Shown piece after piece: positions 26,056 through 32,835 of a stretch of 39,475 nucleotides of DNA. The translations under genes were made by a program, and so were the position numbers. Each line of letters starts with the position of its first letter. The first letter of the stretch is position 1. A model generated the notes under the pieces. It did no database searches. It saw only the letters and a list, made by a program, of their open reading frames with translations, and was not told where the DNA came from. The DNA is from an uncultured Lachnospiraceae bacterium (lineage in GTDB: Bacteria; Bacillota; Clostridia; Oscillospirales; CAG-272): the NCBI GenBank assembly GCA_964579105.1, contig CAZOFQ010000002.1, positions 1-39,475 of the forward strand, read 5' to 3'.

Positions 26056-27684
26056 TTATTGTTCTGCCGCCTCAATGAGGTCGTCAAGTATCGTGTCCGT
26101 AGAGGCGCTGCTCGGGGCAACCACCTCAAATTGAATATCCTTTGCCTCTATGGGGCGCTTCAGCTCTGCGCCGATCGCGCGCGCCAACGTTGCCTTGTCG
26201 CTGTCCTTTGCCAGCATCATCAGGGCAAAGTCGCTTTGGAATTGGCAGATCACACGGCCCGCATCATCGGTGAAGAGCCTTGCATCCGTGAGGAACGGGG
26301 CAAGCATGCTGTTTTCGCGCTGTACGCGCGCCACGCAGTTCATAAATCCACGCACGCGGTGTAAAACGCGCCCCGTTTCGGCACTTTTGGGCAAGGGCTG
26401 CTGCACTGCGGGAGTCTTTTGTGCTTGCGTATCCGTCTTGGGGCATGCTTCGACGGGCTTTTGCTGTACCGTGGATGCTGCCGTTGTTGCCACAACGGGC
26501 GGCGCCGTTTCTGCTGTGGCAGGGAGCGTCATGGGAATGCCCGCTACGGCATCCTCCAGGCGTGCAATGCGCGCGAGCATCCCCTCGGCGGAGGTGTCCA
26601 GCGCGGGGTCGCACATCCGTATCAGTGTCAGCTCCGCCAGCATGCGCTTGATGGCGTTTGCCTGCTGCATGGCAAGCAGCGCGCCCTCCAGCAGCTTGCA
26701 GTGTGCAAGCAATACGGGCTTGGAGAAGGCGGCGCTCAGCTCCGTGAGCTGTGCCGTTTCCGCATCGGTGAGATCGAGATAACGCGTGGCGGCATCCGTG
26801 GTTTTGAGAACCAGCATATCGCGGTACAGCGAGATCAGGTCCTGCCAGAACACACAAAGATCGCGTGAGGAAGCAACGGCTTCGTTTATAATATCGAAAA
26901 TGGTGTTGTAGTCGGCAACGGCAATGGCGCGCACCAAGGGGAACATGGCTTCGCGCCCGACCGAGCCCATCATGTCGTTGACGGTCTGTACGTCGATTTT
27001 GCGGCGCGTGCTGCCGCACAGCTCCAAAAGGCTGATGGCGTCACGCATGCCACCCTGTGCCAGCTTTGCGATACGCTCTGCGGCAGAGGGGTCCAGCTCA
27101 AAGCCCTCCTCTCCCGCGATAAACGAGACGCGAGCTGCAAGCACGGGGGTGGAAATACGGCGGAAATCAAAGCGCTGGCAACGGGAAATGATGGTGGCGG
27201 GGAGCTTGTGCAGCTCGGTCGTTGCCAGAATGAAGATCACGTGGGCAGGGGGCTCCTCCAGGGTCTTGAGGAGCGCGTTGAAGGCACTTTGCGAGAGCAT
27301 GTGCACCTCGTCCACGATATACACGCGATATTTGAGCGCGCTGGGGGTATACACCACCTCGTCGCGAATGTTGCGGATGCTTTCCACGCCGTTGTTGGAG
27401 GCAGCGTCCATCTCCAGCACGTCGGTGGCGGAGCCGCTGTCAATAGACACACAGGCGGGGCATTTTCCGCAAGGAGAGCCGTTCACGGGCGACTCGCAGT
27501 TTGCCGCCTTGGCTAAGATCTTGGCACAGGTGGTTTTGCCCGTTCCGCGCGAGCCGCAAAAAAGATAGGCGTGCGAGAGCGCATTGTGCTCGACCTCGTA
27601 GCGCAGCACGGAGGTGATATGTTCCTGTCCGCACACGTCGTCAAACGTGCGGGGACGCCATTTGCGGTAGAGAGCCTGATGCAT
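26056..27684 (-). CDS. dnaX: DNA polymerase III subunit gamma/tau
   Basis: MHQALYRKWRPRTFDDVCGQEH..., Walker A GSRGTGKTTCAKILAK, the zinc module CGKCPACVSI and DEVHMLS. The start is at the ATG at 27684 with a GAAAGGGG RBS. Confidence 0.95.
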   Translation of the reverse strand: MHQALYRKWRPRTFDDVCGQEHITSVLRYEVEHNALSHAYLFCGSRGTGKTTCAKILAKAANCESPVNGSPCGKCPACVSIDSGSATDVLEMDAASNNGVESIRNIRDEVVYTPSALKYRVYIVDEVHMLSQSAFNALLKTLEEPPAHVIFILATTELHKLPATIISRCQRFDFRRISTPVLAARVSFIAGEEGFELDPSAAERIAKLAQGGMRDAISLLELCGSTRRKIDVQTVNDMMGSVGREAMFPLVRAIAVADYNTIFDIINEAVASSRDLCVFWQDLISLYRDMLVLKTTDAATRYLDLTDAETAQLTELSAAFSKPVLLAHCKLLEGALLAMQQANAIKRMLAELTLIRMCDPALDTSAEGMLARIARLEDAVAGIPMTLPATAETAPPVVATTAASTVQQKPVEACPKTDTQAQKTPAVQQPLPKSAETGRVLHRVRGFMNCVARVQRENSMLAPFLTDARLFTDDAGRVICQFQSDFALMMLAKDSDKATLARAIGAELKRPIEAKDIQFEVVAPSSASTDTILDDLIEAAEQ

Positions 27685-27727
27685 GCTTGCCACCCCTTTC
27701 CTCGATAAAAAACAAGTTGCAAAATAA

Positions 27728-27998
27728 GACCATACACCCTCCAATCGAACGTTGGCTTTGCGCGGAATTCGCGCCTCTCGCTCAGAGCAGGCACCCTCGC
27801 GGCACATCGGCGGGACCGCTTAATGCTGCTTGGTTCCCCACCTGACATGGTTCACGGCGACCGATTGCGCAAGACCCACTCGTCAACACGAAAGGACATG
27901 CTCCGGACCGCATCGCTTCGGTCCTCAAGGAGGGGATCAACCCCTGCTATAGCGGATTTCAGGTGCAGGGCTCCGCTACTTCCCCGGCTGGTATGGCC
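27728..27998 (-). ncRNA. ffs: Signal recognition particle RNA, long (Bacillus/Clostridia-type, about 271 nt) form
   Basis: The minus strand contains AACCAUGUCAGGUGGGGAACCAAGCAGCAUUAAGCGG...GAUGUGCCGCGAGGGUGCC (the domain IV symmetric/asymmetric loop region). The 5' Alu-domain-like part reads GGGGAAGUAGCGGAGCCCUGCACCUGAAAUCCGCUAUAGCAGGGG. The terminal helix pairs GGCCAUAC with GUAUGGUC, followed by a U-run. It has the classical position upstream of dnaX. A TTGCAA-17-TATACT promoter lies at 28049-28021. Confidence 0.9.
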
Positions 27999-28084
27999 TT
28001 ATTTTACAACTTGCTTATATAGTATAACAGATTTTGCTCCGTTTTGCAAGGGGAAACGAAATTTTTTCACAATTGACTTGTCGG

Positions 28085-28114
28085 TTGACAAAATACGGTC
28101 GCTTGTGATAGAAT
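28085..28114 (+). promoter_or_regulatory. Sigma-A type promoter with extended -10, divergent from ffs
   Basis: TTGACA (28085-28090), an 18-nt spacer ending in TGa, then TAGAAT (28109-28114). The predicted TSS coincides with the first base of the long hairpin. Confidence 0.55.
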
Positions 28115-28119
28115 AAGGG

Positions 28120-28275
28120 TGCGACACAACTTCATATTCCTTTTTCGAGTAGGCATTTTTTACCTTGGTAAAAATGCATGCTCATTTTCGCCTACTCAAA
28201 AGGACGAAGTTGTGTCGCAGCAATCGGAGCTGTGCATTTTTCGGTGCGTGGCTCTGCCACGCACTTTTTTGTTTT
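28120..28275 (+). ncRNA. Candidate structured RNA or cis-leader: a 100-nt long imperfect hairpin followed by an intrinsic terminator
   Basis: Arm TGCGACACAACTTC..CCTT..GAGTAGGC (28120-28154) pairs with GCCTACTC..AAGG..GAAGTTGTGTCGCA (28190-28219). The apical part contains the mini-hairpin TTTTACC-tt-GGTAAAA. Then GTGCGTGGC-tct-GCCACGCAC plus TTTTTTGTTTT (28244-28275) lies just before the AAGGAGG RBS of the truncated lipoprotein gene. No known riboswitch class was recognised. Confidence 0.4.
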
Positions 28276-28290
28276 AAGGAGGACGAAAAC

Positions 28291-28437
28291 ATGAAAAGAC
28301 TACTGCTTGTACTTTGTCTCTTACTTGCACTTACTTGCCTTTTTGTCGCGTGCGACGAGGGCGGTGACGGCACACCCACGCCCGACGGCGCGCAAAACGA
28401 GGAGCAAAACGGCGAAACGCCCGAGGGCGGCGAGCAA
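28291..28437 (+). pseudogene. 5' fragment (about 49 codons) of a lipoprotein gene, truncated at a rearrangement junction
   Basis: MKRLLLVLCLLLALTCLFVACDEGGDGTPTPDGAQNEEQNGETPEGGEQ is a signal peptide, lipobox and low-complexity linker, and resembles the N-terminus of the SBP at 2760. After about 28437 the frame runs into the antisense strand of the neighbouring gene fragment. Confidence 0.7.
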
Positions 28438-28801
28438 CGTAGAATCCGCTTTTGTGTCTGTATCGAATCGTGGCCAAATCCTCGTCAACTTCTAATTCTT
28501 CAACAGCTTCCTCATACGAACATTTCAGCTCCTGCATCACATAAGCAATGTTGATCTCTTCAACGTCCTTGTAGATGGATCTGCGCTCGGTGTAAATGCC
28601 GCAATCGCCCTTCAGATAATCCACAATCTCTTGTGTTTTAGCCGGATGATTCACATCGGTGTTCTCCATCAAATACTGAAGCACAAGAAAGTGCTTCATG
28701 CGCTGATTCGGCTTGCGGCCTTTGCCATCCTTGACCTCAAAATCTCTTTCCACGTTCTCACCCCTCTCTTTTGAAAGTGTAGGTTCAAATTCGAATTTCA
28801 T
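28438..28801 (-). pseudogene. 5' fragment (about 120 codons) of an HTH (PafBC/WYL-type) transcriptional regulator gene, lacking its WYL/C-terminal domains
   Basis: RKPNQRMKHFLVLQYLMENTDVNHPAKTQEIVDYLKGDCGIYTERRSIYKDVEEINI...IRYRHKSGFYV matches the N-terminal winged-HTH module of WYL-domain regulators. The remainder of the ORF (RRPRAFRRFAPRFARRRAW...) is the antisense strand of the lipoprotein fragment. Confidence 0.65.
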
Positions 28802-28818
28802 AGAATCATCTTAGGAAA

Positions 28819-28854
28819 GGTAAAAGAACACCTAACGTTAGGTGTTCTTTTACC
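28819..28854. terminator. Perfect 36-bp palindrome (18-bp arms) overlapping the stop codon of the XRE gene
   Basis: GGTAAAAGAACACCTAAC|GTTAGGTGTTCTTTTACC. On the minus-strand RNA it is followed by UUUCCU. Confidence 0.55.
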
Positions 28855-29167
28855 TTATTAAATTTTCAGCTAATTTTTCGAGAAGCTGCTGGTTTTCGCT
28901 GGAAAGTTGGGCGTACTTTCCCATAAAGTCGAGCATTTCCCAATCCGCGCGACTCCCGCGCAGAATATAGTCCGCGCTGACGTTTAAGGCATTGCAAAGT
29001 TTGACGAGGTTTTCGGGGCGAATGGCTTTTTTGCCAAGCTCAAGATTGGAGATCATCTGAATGGAAACATCCATTTGTTCGGCAAGCATCTCCTGCGTAA
29101 TCTTTAGCTCCTTTCGGCGCATGTTGATCCGCACGCCGATCTCTTTTAACAATTTTTCATCACCCAT
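28850..29167 (-). CDS. XRE-family HTH transcriptional regulator (105 aa) with a C-terminal helical extension
   Basis: IGVRINMRRKELKITQEMLAEQMDVSIQMISNLELGKKAIRPENLVKLCNALNVSADYIL is a canonical HTH_3 domain. There is a GGGAGGA RBS. Confidence 0.88.
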   Translation of the reverse strand: MGDEKLLKEIGVRINMRRKELKITQEMLAEQMDVSIQMISNLELGKKAIRPENLVKLCNALNVSADYILRGSRADWEMLDFMGKYAQLSSENQQLLEKLAENLIR

Positions 29168-29205
29168 AGCATCCTCCCAAATTCTTATTTAATATAATTG
29201 TATCA

Positions 29206-29265
29206 CCCATGGGCGAAATTTATAATACTCCATGGGTTGACAAAATTAGCCCATGGGTGTATAAT
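29206..29265 (+). promoter_or_regulatory. Divergent switch region: consensus promoter with three CCCATGGG palindromic operator-like sites
   Basis: CCCATGGG is at 29206-29213 and 29250-29257, and TCCATGGG at 29229-29236. TTGACA (29237-29242), a 17-nt spacer, then TATAAT (29260-29265). One palindrome abuts the -35 and one sits in the spacer. Confidence 0.65.
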
Positions 29266-29312
29266 ATTGATACGACTAATATGTCGAAATCAATTTTAAA
29301 GGAGTTCGTTCC

Positions 29313-29675
29313 ATGAAAGAAAAAACATTGTATCAATTCAAAAACGAAAACGCGGTTGTATTTGTTATTATTTGTATTCTACCAATCTTTTGGTTTTTGC
29401 TGCCTTATGCACTAAATGCTGCCACTGATTTTGTGGTAACCGACCGCCGTATTCATATTAAAAAAGTCACGGGCTCTTGGACAGAGCTTCCTATGGATAG
29501 TATCGGCATGATCGCCAGAACCTTCTGGTGGGGCAAGCTGATTATGAAAACCTCCTCCGGCGTAATTGCGGTTTGGGGATTTCAAGATCGTGACAAGGTG
29601 TTTGAGCTGATCTCCCAAAGGATCATCAATCGCCAAACCGAAAAATCCGAGCTTCCCAAACTTCCCGAACTTTGA
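29313..29675 (+). CDS. Small membrane protein with a bacterial PH (bPH/YdbT-like) domain
   Basis: 120 aa. An N-terminal TM segment (VVFVIICILPIFWFLLPYAL) is followed by FVVTDRRIHIKK...MDSIGMI...GKLIMKTSSG, typical of bPH domains. An AAAGGAG RBS is present. Confidence 0.6.
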   Translation: MKEKTLYQFKNENAVVFVIICILPIFWFLLPYALNAATDFVVTDRRIHIKKVTGSWTELPMDSIGMIARTFWWGKLIMKTSSGVIAVWGFQDRDKVFELISQRIINRQTEKSELPKLPEL

Positions 29676-29686
29676 GGTGAAAAGCT

Positions 29687-31984
29687 ATGGCCGAGCGTTA
29701 TACAAAATTATATACAACAGAAAGTAATCTCTACAAAGAGGGCTCACCCGTCATATTGAAGGCCGGAGCTTTATTGCTTGATACTCTAAATGCCAAAGTG
29801 CTTGCACAATTAAAATTTCAAAGCATCACGCAGAAAAAAATCGTTGCGCTTTCTGTGGCATTACAAGCGCAAAACACGGCCGGTGCACCCTTGGGTGATG
29901 CCATCCTACATACGTATTTGGAGCTTTCCGTCGAGCGCAATGTGGAATTTGGCTCACAAACACCCATCTATCTCCCCGATGCAGAAAGCCGAGCCTTCAC
30001 TGCATATGTAACTAAGGTGGAGTTTGACGATCACACCTTTTGGGAAACGGACAAAGCAGGATGGGAAGCTCTGGTTGTTCCCTCTCGCCCCGTGTATGAA
30101 TTGTTGCAAAGCCCGGCGGCTGTTGAAGAATATCACCGCCGCTTTGGAGCAAATGCAGATATGCTCCCCGAAACAGTGAAGGATCTTTGGCGTTGCAGCT
30201 GCGGCGCCTTCAATCACCGCGAAGAAGAACGCTGCCACCTGTGTGCTTCTAAATGGAATGAATTGCGTACTGTTAACGTAACAGATTTAGAGCAGGAGCA
30301 TTTCTATTTATTGGCACTCTCTTTGATGGAGTGTGGCGATGACGCTTCCCTAAAGCAAGCCATTGAGCATTTCGCCTCCTTGGAAGATTACAAGGACAGC
30401 GCAGAAAAGAAAACGGCGTGTGCAGAGTTGATCGTGCAACACCAAGCAGAACGTAAAAAAGCAAAGAAGATCGGTATTATCGCGGTCTCAATTGCCGCCG
30501 GCATCGTTGCGTGCTTGACCGCTCTCTTCATTGGCATTCTTCCAAGCGTGCAGATCAATCAAGCAACCGCATTGGTGGAAGCAGGAATGGATGCCGAAGC
30601 CATGGATTATTTGAACAACAATTGCGACTTGGCTGAAGAATTCCGCCCCGAACAGTATCACTCGATCAAAAACGGTATTTTCAGCCGTGCGACCGAAGAA
30701 GCCGAAGCTTTGGTAGAAAAAGGAAAATATGTCGAGGCATACACGCTCTTGACCCACCGTCAATGTGCTTGGGGAGATACCTATGAGCTTGTAAAAGCGC
30801 TAAACGATAAGGACTATGCAAAGGCCGTAAATGAATACGGTATGACGCATATCACCGTTCCAAATTCCGTGACAAGCATTGACTCGTTTATGTTCTCCGA
30901 TTGCACTAAGCTTACAAGCATCACGATCCCCGCAAGCGTGACGAGCATCGGCGATAAGGCGTTCTACAATTGCAGAAGCCTTACAAGCGTGACGTTTGAC
31001 GAAAACAGCCAATTAACGAGCATCGGCGATTATGCGTTCTACGAATGCAGAAGCCTTACAAGCGTGACGTTTGGTGAGAACAGCCGATTGACGAGCATCG
31101 GCGTGAGGGCGTTCGAGTGGTGCACAAGCCTTACAAGCATCACGATCCCCGAGGGCGTGACGAGCATCGGCTCTTATGCGTTCTGCGAGTGCACAAGCCT
31201 TACAAGCGTAACGTTTGGCGAGAACAGCCAATGCACGAGCATCGGCTCTGATGCGTTCTACTATTGCTATAGCCTTACAAGCATCACGATCCCTGCGAGC
31301 GTGACGAGCATCGGCAGTTATGCGTTCTCCTCTTGCTATAGCCTTACAAGCATCACGATCCCTGCGAGTGTGACGAGCATCGGCAATTATGCGTTCCGGT
31401 ACTGCTACAAGCTTATAGAGATCTACAACCTTTCCTCACTGAATATTACGGCAGGCTCTGCAGGTAACGGTTACGTAGGCTATTATGCCAAGAACATCTA
31501 CACCGCAACCACGGAAAAGAGCAAGCTGTTTACCGACAGTAACGGGTATCTCTTCTATGACGACGGTACCAACCGTTACTTGATGGGCTATACGGGCACT
31601 GCAACGGAATTGACCTTGCCCGCAAGCTGTAACGACTATACTTATGAGATCTATCAATACGCTTTCTATAATCGAGACGACATCGTAAGCATCACGATCC
31701 CCGCGGGCGTGACAAGCATCGGCGATTATGCGTTCTACTATTGCGATAGTCTTACAAGCATTACAATTCCCGCGGGCGTGACGAGCATCGGCAAGTATGC
31801 ATTCTCCGATTGCGAAAGCCTTACAAGCGTGACGTTTGAAAATGCCACGGGCTGGTGGTACGATTCTTACTCAACGGCAACGTCGGGCACAAGCATTTCT
31901 TCCGCAAGCCTTGCCAACGCCTCCACCGCCGCAACGTATTTGAGATCCACCTATCGTTATTATTATTGGAAACGCACGGTGTAA
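29687..31984 (+). CDS. Single-pass membrane protein: cytoplasmic N-domain with zinc ribbon, TM helix, extracellular BspA-type leucine-rich repeat domain
   Basis: 765 aa. CSCG-x11-CHLC knuckle at aa 170-186. KKAKK followed by a TM at aa 262-286 (positive-inside rule predicts N-in). More than 10 repeats of about 23 aa of the form IPxSVTSIGxxAFxxCxSLTSITxx (LRR_5/BspA-like). A GAGGTGA RBS lies 12 nt after the upstream stop. Confidence 0.8.
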   Translation: MAERYTKLYTTESNLYKEGSPVILKAGALLLDTLNAKVLAQLKFQSITQKKIVALSVALQAQNTAGAPLGDAILHTYLELSVERNVEFGSQTPIYLPDAESRAFTAYVTKVEFDDHTFWETDKAGWEALVVPSRPVYELLQSPAAVEEYHRRFGANADMLPETVKDLWRCSCGAFNHREEERCHLCASKWNELRTVNVTDLEQEHFYLLALSLMECGDDASLKQAIEHFASLEDYKDSAEKKTACAELIVQHQAERKKAKKIGIIAVSIAAGIVACLTALFIGILPSVQINQATALVEAGMDAEAMDYLNNNCDLAEEFRPEQYHSIKNGIFSRATEEAEALVEKGKYVEAYTLLTHRQCAWGDTYELVKALNDKDYAKAVNEYGMTHITVPNSVTSIDSFMFSDCTKLTSITIPASVTSIGDKAFYNCRSLTSVTFDENSQLTSIGDYAFYECRSLTSVTFGENSRLTSIGVRAFEWCTSLTSITIPEGVTSIGSYAFCECTSLTSVTFGENSQCTSIGSDAFYYCYSLTSITIPASVTSIGSYAFSSCYSLTSITIPASVTSIGNYAFRYCYKLIEIYNLSSLNITAGSAGNGYVGYYAKNIYTATTEKSKLFTDSNGYLFYDDGTNRYLMGYTGTATELTLPASCNDYTYEIYQYAFYNRDDIVSITIPAGVTSIGDYAFYYCDSLTSITIPAGVTSIGKYAFSDCESLTSVTFENATGWWYDSYSTATSGTSISSASLANASTAATYLRSTYRYYYWKRTV

Positions 31985-32215
31985 GGCAAGGCGCACAAAC
32001 CCGTAGGGGATGGCGCCTACGACATCCCGTGATCCGCGACACGCGAACGGGCAACGCACAACCCCCCGCCCTACGGGAATGCACGAATGGAGTGTTGGTT
32101 GTGAATTACGGACGGTCGAGGACGCCCGTCCCTACAAGAAATGCGCGGTGGCGTAAAAAACAATCCCTCAGCCGCTTTCCGGGACGCCCGTCCCTACGGG
32201 AATATAACACATTAA
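31985..32215. repeat. GC-rich degenerate short repeats downstream of the LRR gene
   Basis: GACGCCCGTCCCTAC occurs twice (about 32120 and about 32183), plus the related CCGCCCTACGGGAAT (about 32068) and CCCGTAGGGGATGGCGCCTACGACATCCCGT (about 32000). The period is roughly 55-63 bp. There is no convincing ORF. Confidence 0.6.
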
Positions 32216-32217
32216 AA

Positions 32218-32440
32218 GGGGCTGAGTCATTTAGATGCAGAAGGCGTGATCTCGGCATGATAGGCGTACAAAAGTACGTCGATTGCCGAGAGCATCGCCT
32301 AAAAAACACACATAAAAATTGAAATTCGTAAGAATTTCTACCTAAAAACCGCTTTCCCTGCCATTTTTGTGACAGAAAAAGCGGTTTTCCTTTTATTTTC
32401 TTTTCGTGTGCTTTTGTTCTGCGCTAAATGAATCAGCCCC
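32218..32440 (-). repeat. MITE-like structured intergenic repeat, copy B (inverted)
   Basis: Its reverse complement aligns end to end with 5313-5535. It has the same length (223 bp), the same termini (GGGGCTGAGTCATTTAG... / ...CTAAATGAATCAGCCCC) and the same internal hairpins. Confidence 0.85.
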
Positions 32441-32465
32441 TTGCGTTTCGCTAAAGGCTACAAAG

Positions 32466-32504
32466 CAAAAACAGGCAACCGCCACGGCGGTTGCCTGTTT
32501 TTTA
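32466..32504. terminator. Terminator hairpin at the 3' end of the second island XRE gene
   Basis: AAAAACAGGCAACCGCC-ac-GGCGGTTGCCTGTTTTTT. Confidence 0.8.
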
Positions 32505-32720
32505 TTTCAATTTACGCGGCGCATCGCAAAGTCCGATCAGATAATCCGCGGAAAGATTATAAAAGCGACACAGCGTGGCAAGATCCTCGATCTTCAGCTC
32601 CGCGCGCCCCATTTCGATGTGGTTATAGCCCTGCTGGGATTTGTGTAAAAGCTCCCCCACCTGCGCCTGCGTCAGATCCCTGTCCTCCCGCACGTTTTTG
32701 ATGCGTTCCCGATAATTCAT
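32502..32720 (-). CDS. XRE-family HTH transcriptional regulator (72 aa)
   Basis: MNYRERIKNVREDRDLTQAQVGELLHKSQQGYNHIEMGRAELKIEDLATLCRFYNLSADYLIG. The ATG at 32720 has an AAAGGAGGAGGG RBS. Confidence 0.88.
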   Translation of the reverse strand: MNYRERIKNVREDRDLTQAQVGELLHKSQQGYNHIEMGRAELKIEDLATLCRFYNLSADYLIGLCDAPRKLK

Positions 32721-32755
32721 ACGCGTCCCTCCTCCTTTTACGCCCATTTTGCCAT

Positions 32756-32800
32756 ACTCATAAATTGAGTGTTGACAAATACTCAAACATTGAGTATAAT
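32756..32800 (+). promoter_or_regulatory. Consensus promoter overlapped by two 15-bp palindromic operator-like sites
   Basis: ACTCATAAATTGAGT (32756-32770) and ACTCAAACATTGAGT (32781-32795) flank or overlap TTGACA (32772-32777), a 17-nt spacer and TATAAT (32795-32800). Confidence 0.65.
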
Positions 32801-32835
32801 AAAGCTGTAATTTTTTACAGCAAAGGAGAAGCTTT

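Noticed and set aside
25097-26134. 345-aa plus-strand ORF, with 25042-25725 also on the plus strand
   Set aside because: Both are shadow ORFs opposite recR, ybaB and the dnaX 3' end. The minus-strand genes are textbook.
26056-27684. Programmed frameshift site in dnaX (gamma/tau)
   Set aside because: I looked for A_AAA_AAG (CTTTTTT on the plus strand) within the gene and found none. There is no evidence for a frameshift-derived gamma subunit here.
28165-28554. 129-aa plus ORF, with the 156-aa minus ORF 28331-28801, taken as intact genes
   Set aside because: Each is a chimera: a genuine 5' gene fragment followed by translation of the other fragment's antisense strand, giving Arg-rich or nonsense tails. 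They are treated as pseudogene fragments meeting at about 28437.
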